The notes: generated from the letters alone by a model not told the origin. A stretch of 63,846 bases of DNA, filler included, from Salisapilia sapeloensis CBS 127946 (GCA_023334545.1; 11 parts of 11 records of this genome joined end to end with filler, not necessarily neighbours in it); one strand, 5' to 3'. Counted from the first letter of the whole stretch, positions 21,351 through 33,102 are shown. Numbers and translations are program-made.

Positions 21351-24300
21351 CTAAGAAAAGAATTTTTTCAAGTCGTCCAGATTGAGATGCTCCTGTCGCT
21401 TGTCGTCATGGCTTTTCGAGACCACAAGGACGTTTTTCGCGAGCTCTTCCTTGCGTTGTTGAAGCTGGAGGAGCATATCTTCCACTGTATTGTCGACAAT
21501 ATACTTTTTAACGAGTACTGGATGTTGCTGTCCGAGTCGATGGACACGATCGATTGCTTGAACTTCCACGCCAGGGTTCCACCATGGATCGAGGAGTATG
21601 ACTGCAGAGGCGCATGTGAGGTTCAGTCCGACACCTCCGGCTTTTAAGCTTGTTACGAGTACTCTAGTCTTTGGATCGGAATGGAAACGCTGGAGGACTT
21701 GCTGGCGAGTATCCGACGTCAATCCGCCATGGAAGACACCGTGCTGGATGTCCATGGCGGAGAGTAAGGACGCTACGAGTTCTAGCATCTGTGTCCATTG
21801 GGAGAAGACGACGACTTTACGTTCAGGGTCGTTAGCAAACATTTCCATGAGATCAGCTTTCAACTGTCCAAGCTTGACGCTCTCGGACACGTCCTTTTGA
21901 TCTGTCTTGACGCGTTCGTCTTTCGTATCTGGGAGAGAACAAACAAGGGATTTATCTACATGCACACGACATACAGGACATGCTTCTTCTGCATCTACAC
22001 GTAAACTATTTTCTAGACAGTCTTGACACAGCACATGAGCACATGGCGTCAAGACTGCCTTGCTCGGCACGTCAAGACATACAGGACACTCGTGATTCTC
22101 TACACCATCTTCCTGTACTTGTTGGAGGACAGTAGAGAGGTAGGATGAGACATTTGTCTGGTCTTTTGTGAGTGCATGAGAGATACGATGATAGTAGTCT
22201 GTCGACGACTCGTCCGGTCGTGGTTGGAACAACTGGGGTTTTTGGTCATCTCGCTGCACCTTGTGTCGACCTAGAGCAAGAAGCGGATGGTCACATGCTT
22301 GTCGTAGACGCAGCAAGAGTGCGAGGATAGCGACGTAGCTCGTCATCGCGGCGCCAGTAGCCACATACCCTTGGAACTCGGCACGAGACTTGGCGAATAC
22401 AGCGTCGTAAAAGCGTCGCTCTTCGGTCGAGAACTCGAGTCGCACGGTTTCCACGCGCTTTTCAGGTAGCTCTAGTAGTGGCTGACCTTGTGGATCGAGA
22501 GAGTACTTGGTCCTACGTAGCAAAACAGGCGACAATAGCATTTTCAAACGACCTAAAGCCTGCTTCTCCTCCTGATTCTCATACGGCTGCGAGATGACTC
22601 GCTTCCACCACGCTGGACGAGACCATGGTTCGTACTGGAGAAAACTAATGAGAGCATACAGATCGTCTAGGGCGTTTTGAATAGGTGTACCCGTGAGACA
22701 CCAACGGTGTGGTGCTTGGAGACTTTGACAGGCACGAAAGTAGGCTGTCTGTCGATTCTTGATCGTATGTGCTTCGTCCAGGATGATGCGAGACCAGTCT
22801 TTCGTAAACAATGGACTTGACATTTTGTCCATTCGCTCCATCTCTTTCGATAATACGCCGTAAGTAGTTAGGACGATGTCTGCTGTGAGAGCAGATGGGT
22901 TGCGTTCGTCTCCGTAGTAGATGCTTACGGACAATGTGCGTGGTTTGAAGTGGCTCTGGACTTCGCTCTGCCATTGATAGAGCAGACTGAGTGGACAGAC
23001 TACCAGTGTCGCGAGTGGATCCCGTGTCAAATACTTTTGATATGCAAGAAGAGCAAGAACGGACATGGTTTTTCCCATCCCCATATCGTCTGCCAAGATA
23101 CCTCCTCGACAGACTTTTGGAGGAGATGGACGTGTGTTACTAGCTACTTTTTCAAACGTATTGACATAGTAGGGAGGGTGGGAAGCAAAGGAACGTTCGT
23201 CCCAGAGCGGGCTAGCTTCGTGTGTTTCCTGTGGCTGATTCTCACGATAGATCATCCATTGCAACGCTTGTTTCTGATGCTCTCGAAGCTTGATGCGCTG
23301 GAGCATCGGTGCGACTTGTGCTGCTGGATCGGATGTTTCCATGTTGCTGGAAAGATGTGGACTGAGGAAACCAGAGAAGAGTGTTTCGACGTCCGAAGCA
23401 CGGACAGTGTCTTCCATGTCTGAGACCGACGTCACGTCGGATGTTTCGTTCGATGCACTGGGTTTCACGGCTTCTAGAGCAGCGAAGAGTGAATCAGAGA
23501 GATGGAAACGAGGATGGTCTTCGTTGAAGATGTCAAAGGCATCGTGACGAATGTACAAGTAGACACGAACCTAGTGCTTGATGAGATAGACATTCAGTCG
23601 ATAAGAGAGGTACATGACGTACTTGGAAAGAAGCAAAGACTTGAGTGGATGTAGGTGGTACTGAGCAAACGACTACGCTCTCTACAAGTCCTTCCTTCAT
23701 TAAGGGCTGCAGGATGAGCTCCATCTCACGACTCAATCGTCCAATCTACCACAACAAGGATAAGCTTAGATATTTATGTACGTCTGGAATATACATACCT
23801 GTGCTTTAGAGGTCGATGCGATGCGTACAACACCTGAAGTAGCCTTGGAACTAGAGAATTGGTTCGATCTCGAGCGTTTCTTGCCTGCATTCTCGGCCTG
23901 GAGGATGACACGATGACCTTCCTGCAGTTTTACATTGGCTCTCGTGATAGAGGCAGCCACGAGTGTACTACCGACTAGTCTATATCTGTCCTTATCAAAT
24001 GCATTCGTGAGTTCTGGTGGATGATGCTCCTCATTCTCTGGCAAAGACGACTGCTCTGGTGCGGTCGGAGAAGCATTTGCTTGTTGCTCAAAGTATGCAG
24101 ATGCTGCAAATGGGACGCAATAGCAATTCCTAGCAAGCAAGTCTTTAAGCTCTTTATCGGACAAGGCGATACCCATGTCCTGTAGCTGCGCTACTTTCTG
24201 AGCTAGCTTCTCGGATGCTTGGGCGTCGGAGCTACCGACTGCGACGGGCATGAGTGTCTGTTGTATTTTACTACGCTTCGATGTGGCGGTTGAGACTTTT

Positions 24301-24386
24301 GGACGAGGTGCACCACCTCCACACATGATGCATTTAGACGCTGTCGCAGCATTCTCGTACGTACATCTCGGACAGTTCCAGATCAT
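21351..24386 (-). CDS. RAD5: RAD5/HLTF-like SNF2 helicase and RING E3 ligase with N-terminal RanBP2/NZF finger and HIRAN domain, 3 exons
   Basis: WNCPRCTYEN...KCIMC; HIRAN-like IGRLSREMELILQPL; GGILADDMGMGKT; RIILDEAH; RING CPVCLD...PCAHVLC..C...CPVCR; QAIDRVHRLGQ. Confidence 0.9.
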
Positions 24387-24481
24387 TTTCGCGCAATTCG
24401 ACTTGATTTTTGTATGAAAAAAACAAAAGCGCGGGAAATACGCGAGAAAGGAATGTCTGTGATTGCTCCGTTACGACTAGT

Positions 24482-24891
24482 TTAAGTGGTAGAAGACTGG
24501 AGGAATTGTCGACGTAGTGTTAGTGCCTCGAGGAAGAGATTCATGTCCATCCCATCGACGTTACGACCGACGCGAGCTACGAGACGTACTTGGCCATTTG
24601 TTTCATACGTTTCTCCGATAAATTGATACATCGATCCGATCTGTAGTTCCAATGCATCTAGTGCCAAAATACGTGTTTCCACTGTCATGGAAGCGCCTTG
24701 AAATGAAATTCGGAGTATGCCGCGAGCTGCATCATATTCATCCAATCTACTCTTTCGATTATTCATTATATAAACTACAAAAGCAATGCGTGCATATATA
24801 TCTACCGTCCAGTAATACGCACGGAATGCTGATGCAAACGAGGTGTATCGAGTACCTCTTGGATCTGGTAGATCTCGCCAAAGGACGTCAT
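24482..24891 (-). CDS. TEN1: CST complex subunit TEN1 (telomere-capping OB fold), 2 exons
   Basis: SVRITGR|LDEYD... GSMYQFIGE...ARVGRNVDGMDMNLF closely follows the plant TEN1 pattern (GSIYQFIGE...ARTGRNVDGIDMNLY), recalled from memory. Confidence 0.8.
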
Positions 24892-25000
24892 GGGAGTTTC
24901 CCGCCAATTAAAAGGTTGCTCCTTCTGTCGGTTGCATGAATGTATTCTATAGAAGGTCGTCACAACAGGAGTCATAATCGGTTGGAAGCAGGCATTCGGC

Positions 25001-25444
25001 ATGACCTCGATGACCAGCTCTACGACAGCTACCCCTGGTAAATCGGTGACTCCATCGGAGGCTCCGAGAGGCAAGCCTGTGAGCGGACGTCCATGGAAAA
25101 AGACGCAGACGAAACGCTTTTCCACTGCGCGCTACAAGGGCACAAAGGTGCTGAGCACGACGTGGGAGCAGAAGCAGCAGAAGCGTGCGAAGCAAAAGGA
25201 GCTCAAGGAATTGCAGAGTGAGATCAAGGCGAGACGTCAGGCTGAGAAGGATGAGCTCAAGCAAGCACGTGAAGAACGCGAGAAGCGTCGACAGGAGAAT
25301 GAGCTCAAATCGGCGTCCGTCCAAGTGCTTTCTCGCACCGACAAGCTCAAGTCGATGAGCAAGAAGCAACTGCGGAACATCAAGAAGACGATCGTGAACA
25401 AGCATGGCGTCGTAGAGTATGCCCCAGTGTACGGACAAAAGTAA
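25001..25444 (+). CDS. CGR1: rRNA-processing protein Cgr1 / CCDC86 family
   Basis: GKPVSGRPWK, then TTWEQKQQKRAKQKELKELQSEIK...RRQENELKSASVQV and KLKSMSKKQLRNI. Confidence 0.88.
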   Translation: MTSMTSSTTATPGKSVTPSEAPRGKPVSGRPWKKTQTKRFSTARYKGTKVLSTTWEQKQQKRAKQKELKELQSEIKARRQAEKDELKQAREEREKRRQENELKSASVQVLSRTDKLKSMSKKQLRNIKKTIVNKHGVVEYAPVYGQK

Positions 25445-25598
25445 TAAAGCTTGCATTTCTTGTGTATCAACTACCAAAGCTCCTAGATGAACAAAAGCGT
25501 AATTGTATTTCGTATCCGGAGCATCTAGCCTAGGATATATCGAGGTCAGGAAATGAGAAATCGTCGAGTACTGCTCGTCACGTTAGATTGCTAGACGC

Positions 25599-26918
25599 TT
25601 AGGCGTCGCAGTCAGCTCCATTGTCCGCTACCGGCTTGCTCGGGCTCATCGCCGGCGAGTTACCATCAGCAGCAGGCGCATCAGGGGAAGCACCGTCGGC
25701 AGCAGGCGCCTCGTTGGTGGCGTCATTGACGGCGCTGCCATTTTCGCCTTCGAGCTCCGTTTCGCCTTCAGTGGCAGGGTCCTTGGCAGGGTCCTTGGCA
25801 GGGTCCTTGGCAGGGTCCTTGGCAGGCAGTTCAGGCGTGTAGTCACCACCAGCGGATTCGGCGGCGTCGTTGCTGACATCGCTGTCAGTTTCCGAAGCCG
25901 TATCGTCCGAGGTAGACTTGGCGCTACCGCTGGCGTCGGCGACTGGGTCTGTGACACCACTGACGACACCGGAGAGCACGCCCTTCCAGTCGATGGAGGC
26001 GATGGCCGTCTTGAGCGTGCGGCCGACGTTGAAGATACCGAAGGATCCTTCAACCGTAGCGTCTTCGTCGGCCATCTCGTTCTTCCAGGCCTCGTCAATA
26101 CCTTCGAAGTAGTAGTAATCAATGTCCTTCTCTTCTGCCAACTGGACAAATTCGAGGAGGTACTTAGCAGCATCGGCTTCGCCCGTGGGGCTCGAGTCGT
26201 TGCTGCTACCAGAAGTCGCCCAGCCAGTCTCACTGATCTTGACGGTCTTGCCCAAGGCTTCTGCCTTCACCACGAGCTGTGAGTATCGGTCCCAGAAGTG
26301 GTCGACGGCAACGCTAATGTCCGTCTTCTCCCAGAACGGGAAGTAGTTGGCACTGACAAAGTCAACGGCTTCGATCATCTCTGGGTGGCTCATGTACGAG
26401 TCGCCAATGTCGGCGATGGTGCACGGGATGTCCGGCACGAGCTCCTTGATCTCGTTGTAGTATCCAATCATGACGTCCGCCGTGACGTCTCCACGGTAGA
26501 CAGCTTCACTACCAATGTGGATCTGAGCGATGGCGTCAGCCGTGAGGATACCCTGTTCCTTGAGTGCCTCGAAACGCTTCTTCTCTTCCTCGAAGCCAGC
26601 ACCGTCCTTGCCGACCCAAAGACCAAGGTCCAGCTTGAAGCCCAAGTCAATAGCTTGCGGAATCACATTCGCATCCTGGTCACAGTCCATGAGACTGTAG
26701 AGACGCAGGTTAGTGGAAACCGCACGAAGGAGGCTCAAGTCGGCCGTGATGTCCGCCGCAGCCTTGCATTTCTCTTCAGCAGGTGCCCAGTCCGGTCCAC
26801 AACGACTGTTGTAGTTGATACCACGCAGCGCTAGTCCGTTCAGTTCGGGCAGTTCCAACGAGGCAGAGGCACTAGCGGCGATCGAGCCGAGGGCAATTCC
26901 AGCAGAGATTTGGACCAT
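25599..26918 (-). CDS. Secreted GH17 beta-1,3-glucanase/glucanosyltransferase with acidic, repetitive C-terminal tail
   Basis: Signal peptide MVQISAGIALGSIAASASA; NLRLYSLMDC, IHIGSEAVYRGD, DFVSANYFPFWE, ISETGWAT, YYYFEGIDEAWK. Confidence 0.93.
   Translation of the reverse strand: MVQISAGIALGSIAASASASLELPELNGLALRGINYNSRCGPDWAPAEEKCKAAADITADLSLLRAVSTNLRLYSLMDCDQDANVIPQAIDLGFKLDLGLWVGKDGAGFEEEKKRFEALKEQGILTADAIAQIHIGSEAVYRGDVTADVMIGYYNEIKELVPDIPCTIADIGDSYMSHPEMIEAVDFVSANYFPFWEKTDISVAVDHFWDRYSQLVVKAEALGKTVKISETGWATSGSSNDSSPTGEADAAKYLLEFVQLAEEKDIDYYYFEGIDEAWKNEMADEDATVEGSFGIFNVGRTLKTAIASIDWKGVLSGVVSGVTDPVADASGSAKSTSDDTASETDSDVSNDAAESAGGDYTPELPAKDPAKDPAKDPAKDPATEGETELEGENGSAVNDATNEAPAADGASPDAPAADGNSPAMSPSKPVADNGADCDA
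25773..25826. repeat. 12-bp tandem repeat (ggcagggtcctt x4.5) encoding PAKD repeats in the GH17 tail
   Basis: Directly visible perfect repeat. Confidence 0.97.
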
Positions 26919-26946
26919 GTTGTCGAGGAGCTTGGGCGTTTGAAGC

Positions 26947-26962
26947 AAATTGAAGAGTGAGC
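26947..26962 (-). promoter_or_regulatory. Oomycete Inr/FPR core promoter of the GH17 gene
   Basis: Minus strand reads GCTCACTCTTCAATTT, a near-perfect match to the oomycete consensus GCTCATTYYNCAWTTT, about 30 nt upstream of the ATG. Confidence 0.75.
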
Positions 26963-28367
26963 TGTGGCACGCGTTACAGCTGAGATGGTCGAAGTTCCAT
27001 ATACTCAGAGCTACGTCACTGTCGTTTGGTTGTGGATATCCATTTGGATGCGTACGCTTTCGGATCGCGAAACTGGCGCAAGGTAGACGCCCGTCGTGTT
27101 CACGCGATTGCACCTCTTCGTCCAACATGGCTCATACGAGTTATAAAATAGCTGCGCCGATGAAAGTATCGGTAGTAGAAAGTTGGGATCGTATGGTATG
27201 CGTGTCTATCGTAAATGGTTTTGTCTTCGTCGGACTTGCATCCTTTACTCGCGAGTAGCTAATCGAACGATGCACTACGCTGTGAGAAACTAATTGAACC
27301 GCTGGGTACGACTACACACACGGCGTATCGACTTGTACATCGCGTGAGCTCGATAGGAATAAGATATACTTTCTAAGAGTTGTAACTGAGATATTGACAT
27401 TCAATACAGGCTCATCTATATGACCAGTCTCCAGTTGTAGTCTCAATTCCTTGGATTAAATCTATGTTGATGGTATGGGTGGAGTCCTGCTAGCTGCAAG
27501 CTATCTATGGCTACTGTGTTCTATTGTTGTTCGATATGTGTTAAATCTGGGTTGGGAAAGAGAGGCGGAGTAGCTACTTGCTCTTGGCTTTTTGGCTACA
27601 TAGCTTCGTGCGAGTAGCTGACTTTCTGTTGAACAGACTAGTAGCCAAGCGGGTACATTGGAAACGAAGAAAGGCAATAGAGATGCAGAAGCTAGAGCGA
27701 GTACTCATCCAACAAATGATCCTTCTATATTAAACAGCAGAAATAGGAGCAAGCAGACGGAGCGGCGCATTGACGCAAAGAAAAGCAGTTCAAGCATGCG
27801 CGTGGTAGATGATAGCAACGAGAACGAGCATAATGGCGATGAAACGAGAGGATTGAAATCGTATTTGAACTGACTTGGCCATGTGTCTCCGATATAGCTG
27901 ATCGAAGATAGTCTTCTAAAGAGACATGCATAGTGGGAAGCATCGTATCGTCACTGTACTTTAGCTTCCCAGTAGATCCTTTCAATCCTATAGAAGCTGG
28001 TCTATCTTCACGCTTGACTCAGTCGCGCATTGTCAATCTTGTCAGTTTCTTCAGCTGTAATGATATGCTTCTCACATGGATGCTCATGGTAACACAGACG
28101 TTGTAAGGAAGGGTATGAAAAGAGGATAATCGGGTATGAGTGTACTCGAGGCACGGATCGACCAGCTTGGTCCATAGTCTGTGCCACGTTTGTTCCAACA
28201 CGACTGGCGAAACGCTCCAGAAGCGCTTAAACGGATTAAGGGAGGTGGGTAGACATCGTTTGTGGCGAGTCTAGTACGTTGTGACAGACGTCCTGGTGCT
28301 CTTTGATTACCAGGTTATCCTCTTCTTTGTCTCGTGTCTCTTGTCTTTTACACGCCGTTTCGAAGCA

Positions 28368-28467
28368 NNNNNNNNNNNNNNNNNNNNNNNNNNNNNNNNN
28401 NNNNNNNNNNNTTAATTAATTAANNNNNNNNNNNNNNNNNNNNNNNNNNNNNNNNNNNNNNNNNNNN
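28368..28467. other. Artificial contig linker
   Basis: 44 N + TTAATTAATTAA (stop in all six frames) + 44 N. Confidence 0.99.
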
Positions 28468-29680
28468 ATTTGTGCATCCAGGTCCTGCACATGAAAGGCG
28501 CCTAATAGAACTGGAAGAGGAGCGTTTTTCACTGCAGCAGCCTAAGCAACTCGCGGACCAACGCCCTATCCTACAGATGATTCCGGTCGAAGCCAGCCGC
28601 CCGAGCTCTTACTGGCCTCCACAGGCAGGTCTAAGTGGCACACTTTCGGCCAAGTGCGGCGGGTACCGGACTAGTCTTATCGACAGATCTCGTTTCGTTC
28701 CATCATTCGAGTCTCTGGATACTCCAGGACGTCGCACTGCCTAGACATCGACTCATAGGTCGAAGCGGTGTCCTGAAATACATCTTACATGCCTGTCGCG
28801 TGTTGTCTGTTCCGTTCATTTCTAGGTTGCACATATGCATTTAGCTAGATTGCACAGCGAGGTTGATGCTGGACGGCTCGCGACTCGTTCCTGCGAGCGA
28901 ATCCAACTCTGGGAAGAGATTGTGGAGGTATGGTAGCTAGCTGTTTCTAGCTCGACCGGACAAACTAGACGCATGTCTAGGTATGTAGCTAGAGAGATGG
29001 CTACACGCTCTGACAGCTTTGTCCTAGTCGTCCCTGTCAGGAGCTCTTGACAGCTAGTCCACGCGAAAAGCTATCGCTAGGTGACAAAGGAGCTGAAACC
29101 GTCTTTCGGCACACCATTCACTCGAAAAACCCGCTTACCCCATCGCAGGCAGAGGGAAGAAAAGAGAACGGACGCGACAGCTTCAAGGTCGCCCGCGCCA
29201 TGGGACCAATCAAGCCGATCAACAGCCGCTTTTGGCGCCAAAAGCGACAACAAGTCTTGACAACAAAAAGCGAAAACCATGTTGACGGTACCACTGACCA
29301 CGGAGCAGAGGTGTGGCATCCTTTGCGGCAACTTTCTAGGTCTTTACATTGTTTACAAGTGATCTTTCGATGCGAAGCAGCACGGCAACGGACGCGGCGC
29401 TCGAGACTTCCCGTCGGTCCGCTCAGGCGCTGAAGATTATGCACGAGCAGGACGATAGAGAGTCGTTGCAATCGTACCGGATACTTGGTCGGTGGTGCTT
29501 CTCGGTGCGACTGAGCATGCAGAGTCGACTGCTGGAACTGAACGTTAAGTGACTGGAGCAAGACTACGACAAGTAGCTGTGGGAGAAGATCGTCGGCATC
29601 GGATTGACGGAAGAGTTGTCCACTCAACTCGGGACGCACAATGGTGCGGAGGACCCGATCATTACGTTGGAAGAGAGATG

Positions 29681-29780
29681 NNNNNNNNNNNNNNNNNNNN
29701 NNNNNNNNNNNNNNNNNNNNNNNNTTAATTAATTAANNNNNNNNNNNNNNNNNNNNNNNNNNNNNNNNNNNNNNNNNNNN
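29681..29780. other. Artificial contig linker
   Basis: Same 100-nt spacer. Confidence 0.99.
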
Positions 29781-30096
29781 CAGAGGCTCTCTGTGCACCT
29801 GGGTGTATATCGACAAGTGACGAAGATAGAGGGACGTAGCAAGGATAAAGCGTCGAGGTAGGAGACTGCTCCATCAACTTGCTCGATACTGGCCACAGGC
29901 CTGCTGTCCACGGTAAGCAAAGACAGCATAATTCAGAAATTGACGGCCGTAAATGACCTCACACCAAGCATCATCATAGATATCCACGACATGCATCCAA
30001 AAGTAGCTTCTATTTAGATACACACGTCGATGCATGAACGAAAGACTTGAGAGACCGAAGCCAAACGCCTCCACAATCTCTCTGCACGCGCATCTT

Positions 30097-31220
30097 CTAT
30101 TCCTCCTCCGGCTGCTCATCTGCCCCGAACAGTCCGCCAAGGTTCGTGTCCTCCTCCAGCTCCAGACCCCAGCGATTCGTCTCCGCATCCCACGGATTGG
30201 ACGCATAGTTCTGCTGCTTCCACCGACGCCTCTGGCCTCGACGACCGACCGAAACCTGCTTCCTCTATTATTCACGTATAATAAGCACAACCTCTATCTC
30301 GTTCGAAAGGAATGAAGCACGTACGCTCGGAAGCGCAGAGGTCAAGGCAGTCGCCCAATCGCCAGACTGCTGGAAATGCATCAAGACGCTGATGACCGTG
30401 TTTACGTTCAGAATGTGGTCCGCTCGCTCCGTCATGTACTCTTGCGTCGGCAGCCGGGCCGTCGTGACGCCCACCTCCGTCGCGGCTTCCAGCGTCGCTC
30501 CCTATCTCTCACGTCATCGCTCTCTCCTATCCTCCAAGCTCTCAACCTGACTCTACCTTCTTCCGAGACCGATCCACAATGCCGCCGATGACGTACGTCT
30601 TGGAACGGTCGATCTTGGTGAGCACGTTGGGCGAGTCCGGAGATAAATACACCAGTTCCTACTCTTGCATCAGTACCACCAGACGAAAGCTATACGCAAG
30701 ACGACGTACGGACGGAGGAATGACATCCGTTAACTCGTCGTTGTGGTGCCACTTGACGCACCACCGGTCGGCCCTGTACCCCACCAGCGCTTCTTGCAAC
30801 TCATCGCTGCAGTTGAACAGCATCAGCTGGAAAGGGTCCTCCATCTTCTTGATCGACCCGTAGCTGTTCTGCAGCTGCTTCACCAGACTCTTCATCTCCT
30901 GCTCCTTCATGATGTCGTCAAAGCGGAGGTCAATCGCGATGCGCTGGTGGCCTGTATCGTCTGTCACGAGGCTCTGCAGCCGCTCCTCCTTCCGCCGCTC
31001 GGCCGCAGCCTCTTCTTCCAGGAACCGAGCTCGGTCCTCTATTCGATTGGCACACGTTCATCGCATGCTAGCTAGACGAGCTCATGTGCATCCACGTACC
31101 GCGACTCATGGCCTCGAGCATAGCCCTGCGTCTCTGCTTCCTTCTTTCTCTCCCGGCTCTCCGAGTCTGCGTCTTGTCCCCATTGCACTGATCCTGCCCG
31201 TCCATTTCGTCCGAATGAAG
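30097..31220 (-). CDS. TRM10: tRNA (guanine-N1, G9) methyltransferase TRM10, multi-exon; 5' end uncertain
   Basis: RIAIDLRFDDIMKEQEMKSLVKQLQNSY, LVYLSPDSPNVL...YVIGG, TARLP...HILNVNTV..VL....GDWATAL. Confidence 0.9.
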
Positions 31221-31309
31221 CTGCTATCCTCGAAGCACCAGTTTGCGCTACTTTACCGACACTTCAAAAGTCGGTGACACGGCTGTCAATTGCCGCCATT
31301 CTCTGCCTG

Positions 31310-31409
31310 NNNNNNNNNNNNNNNNNNNNNNNNNNNNNNNNNNNNNNNNNNNNTTAATTAATTAANNNNNNNNNNNNNNNNNNNNNNNNNNNNNNNNNNN
31401 NNNNNNNNN
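31310..31409. other. Artificial contig linker
   Basis: Same 100-nt spacer. Confidence 0.99.
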
Positions 31410-31598
31410 GACGAGGTGCGCACGGGTGATGTGACGATGCTGCCTCGTTCATCGAATACGGTGGAGGTTCACTTTTTGTGGTTCTACGTACTTTTGACGG
31501 TGGTGGCTGTGGACGCTGTAGTCGTTGTTGGCTACGTGTCGTACAAGGTCATGCAGAGACGACGTTCGGGTTACCAAAGCATCGAGCAGTCCCAGTGA
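31410..31598 (+). CDS. 3' end of a membrane-anchored protein gene (C-terminal TM helix plus RRRSGY tail), 5'-truncated by the gap; copy 1
   Basis: FLWFYVLLTVVAVDAVVVVGYVSYKVMQRRRSGYQSIEQSQ*. Confidence 0.7.
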   Translation, partial: DEVRTGDVTMLPRSSNTVEVHFLWFYVLLTVVAVDAVVVVGYVSYKVMQRRRSGYQSIEQSQ

Positions 31599-32800
31599 GC
31601 TGATGACAAGTGAAAGAAGGAAGGAGAGAAAGATTGAAATGAAAGGGACTTGACAATTTCACATACTTTGTTTTACAGGACCTTTTTTCCGGCTAAAACC
31701 TCGGTCTATTACATTGCATCATTATCTACCTAATATGAGCGCTAATAGCCGTTGAGGGAAGCCTGTTAGTGAAAGACAGGAGTCTCACGTGACGAGTGAA
31801 AGCCTAGCTTAGATGTTCTAATCTCAGTTCCTGTGAACCAAGTGGGCCTTAGCGATACCACTGCTTAGTGTCGTCAGACAAGGTTACAGGATCTGTTACT
31901 TGCCGCAGGCTTCTCGCAAGCCGCTGTTGCCATCAACTGGAGGCGAAATGTGCCAGCTCTGAAAGTGGTTGATGTTAAAAATCCTCGTAAAAATATAAAT
32001 GACGGCAAAAGTCGATGAACACTTCGCATCAACTAAGAGACAGATAGCACTGCTACCATCAGCGAAGCTTATAGCGGTGAAGACAGACAAAATCAAAAGC
32101 TGGTAAGCTGACGAGGCTACTAAAGGTTAAATCCATAAAGGGACGAGGACAAAGTGACGACGTATCATATCATAGCACTGATACGTACATCGAACGGCAT
32201 TTTACTCTGTACACCTGCTTCGCGAATGCTCATGTTGGTAAGTGTCGACTTTATCTCTTGAGCGACCATGATCACATGTAAGTGAGCATTCTTTCCTAAG
32301 TTTGTGTTAAGACGAACTACACATACGCGCACGCTAGCTTTGAAGCCAGCGTTGGCTTGACCCCAGAGTAAAACAAAGGTTTCGATTATCTCACAATGGG
32401 CCTCCTAACGATTCATACCTCATCAAAGAGATACCTTTTGGTCAGTACCAACCTTGCTTTGATGTCCTTCCTGTGAATGGAAGGCATTCACATCGATCTT
32501 ACCAAAGCTATAGGCGCCAATAAGATGCCAACAAAGCATTGACGCAAGTACATCCCCTAAGTTATTAATTTCGAGATTGCCTAACTTCAATTGACATTTG
32601 AACGTGTTTCTTTCCGGCTACAAATAACGCCAATCCTTTCAGGCGTACCAACGAATGAAACGCTACACAAGAACAGTAAAATCCATATTCTTCAAAGAAT
32701 CACATTGCCTAGTAATCCTACGACAGAAAGCACAGTATGCAATCCGGTTTTGATTCTGAGAAGTTCTCAAACTGAACCGCTAACTCTAGTCCAAACTGTC

Positions 32801-32989
32801 CTACTGAGTTGACCCAATGTTCTCGTACCCACTACGTCGTCTCTGCACGACCTTGTACGACACGTAGCCAACAACGACTACAGCGTCCACAGCCACCACC
32901 GTCAAAAGTACGTAGAACCACAAAAAGTGAACCTCCACCGTATTCGATGAACGAGGCAGCATCGTCACATCACCCGTGCGCACCTCGTC
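32801..32989 (-). CDS. 3' end of the paralogous membrane-anchored protein gene, copy 2 (inverted)
   Basis: Identical to copy 1 over 141 nt (31410-31550 versus 32849-32989), then diverges to ...VVQRRRSGYENIGSTQ*. Confidence 0.7.
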   Translation of the reverse strand, partial: DEVRTGDVTMLPRSSNTVEVHFLWFYVLLTVVAVDAVVVVGYVSYKVVQRRRSGYENIGSTQ

Positions 32990-33089
32990 NNNNNNNNNNN
33001 NNNNNNNNNNNNNNNNNNNNNNNNNNNNNNNNNTTAATTAATTAANNNNNNNNNNNNNNNNNNNNNNNNNNNNNNNNNNNNNNNNNNNN
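32990..33089. other. Artificial contig linker
   Basis: Same 100-nt spacer. Confidence 0.99.
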
Positions 33090-33102
33090 CGAATTTAAAG
33101 CA

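Noticed and set aside
25773-25826. Tandem repeats (PAKD, SP arrays) as CRISPR-like arrays
   Set aside because: No spacers; they are coding microsatellites or minisatellites in a eukaryotic gene.
28468-29680. Coding-like sequence with several in-frame stops (possible TE or pseudogene)
   Set aside because: No recognisable domain in any frame, so it cannot be assigned.
31200-31300. In-frame TGA between an upstream ATG and the TRM10 frame (possible selenocysteine or readthrough)
   Set aside because: It lies in a non-conserved N-terminal region next to a gap. A small intron or a different start explains it, and no SECIS-like evidence was seen.
31620-32790. Spacer between the inverted gene tails as a transposon with terminal inverted repeats
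   Set aside because: The inverted repeats are protein-coding gene ends pointing inward, and no transposase motif or target-site duplication is recognisable in the spacer.
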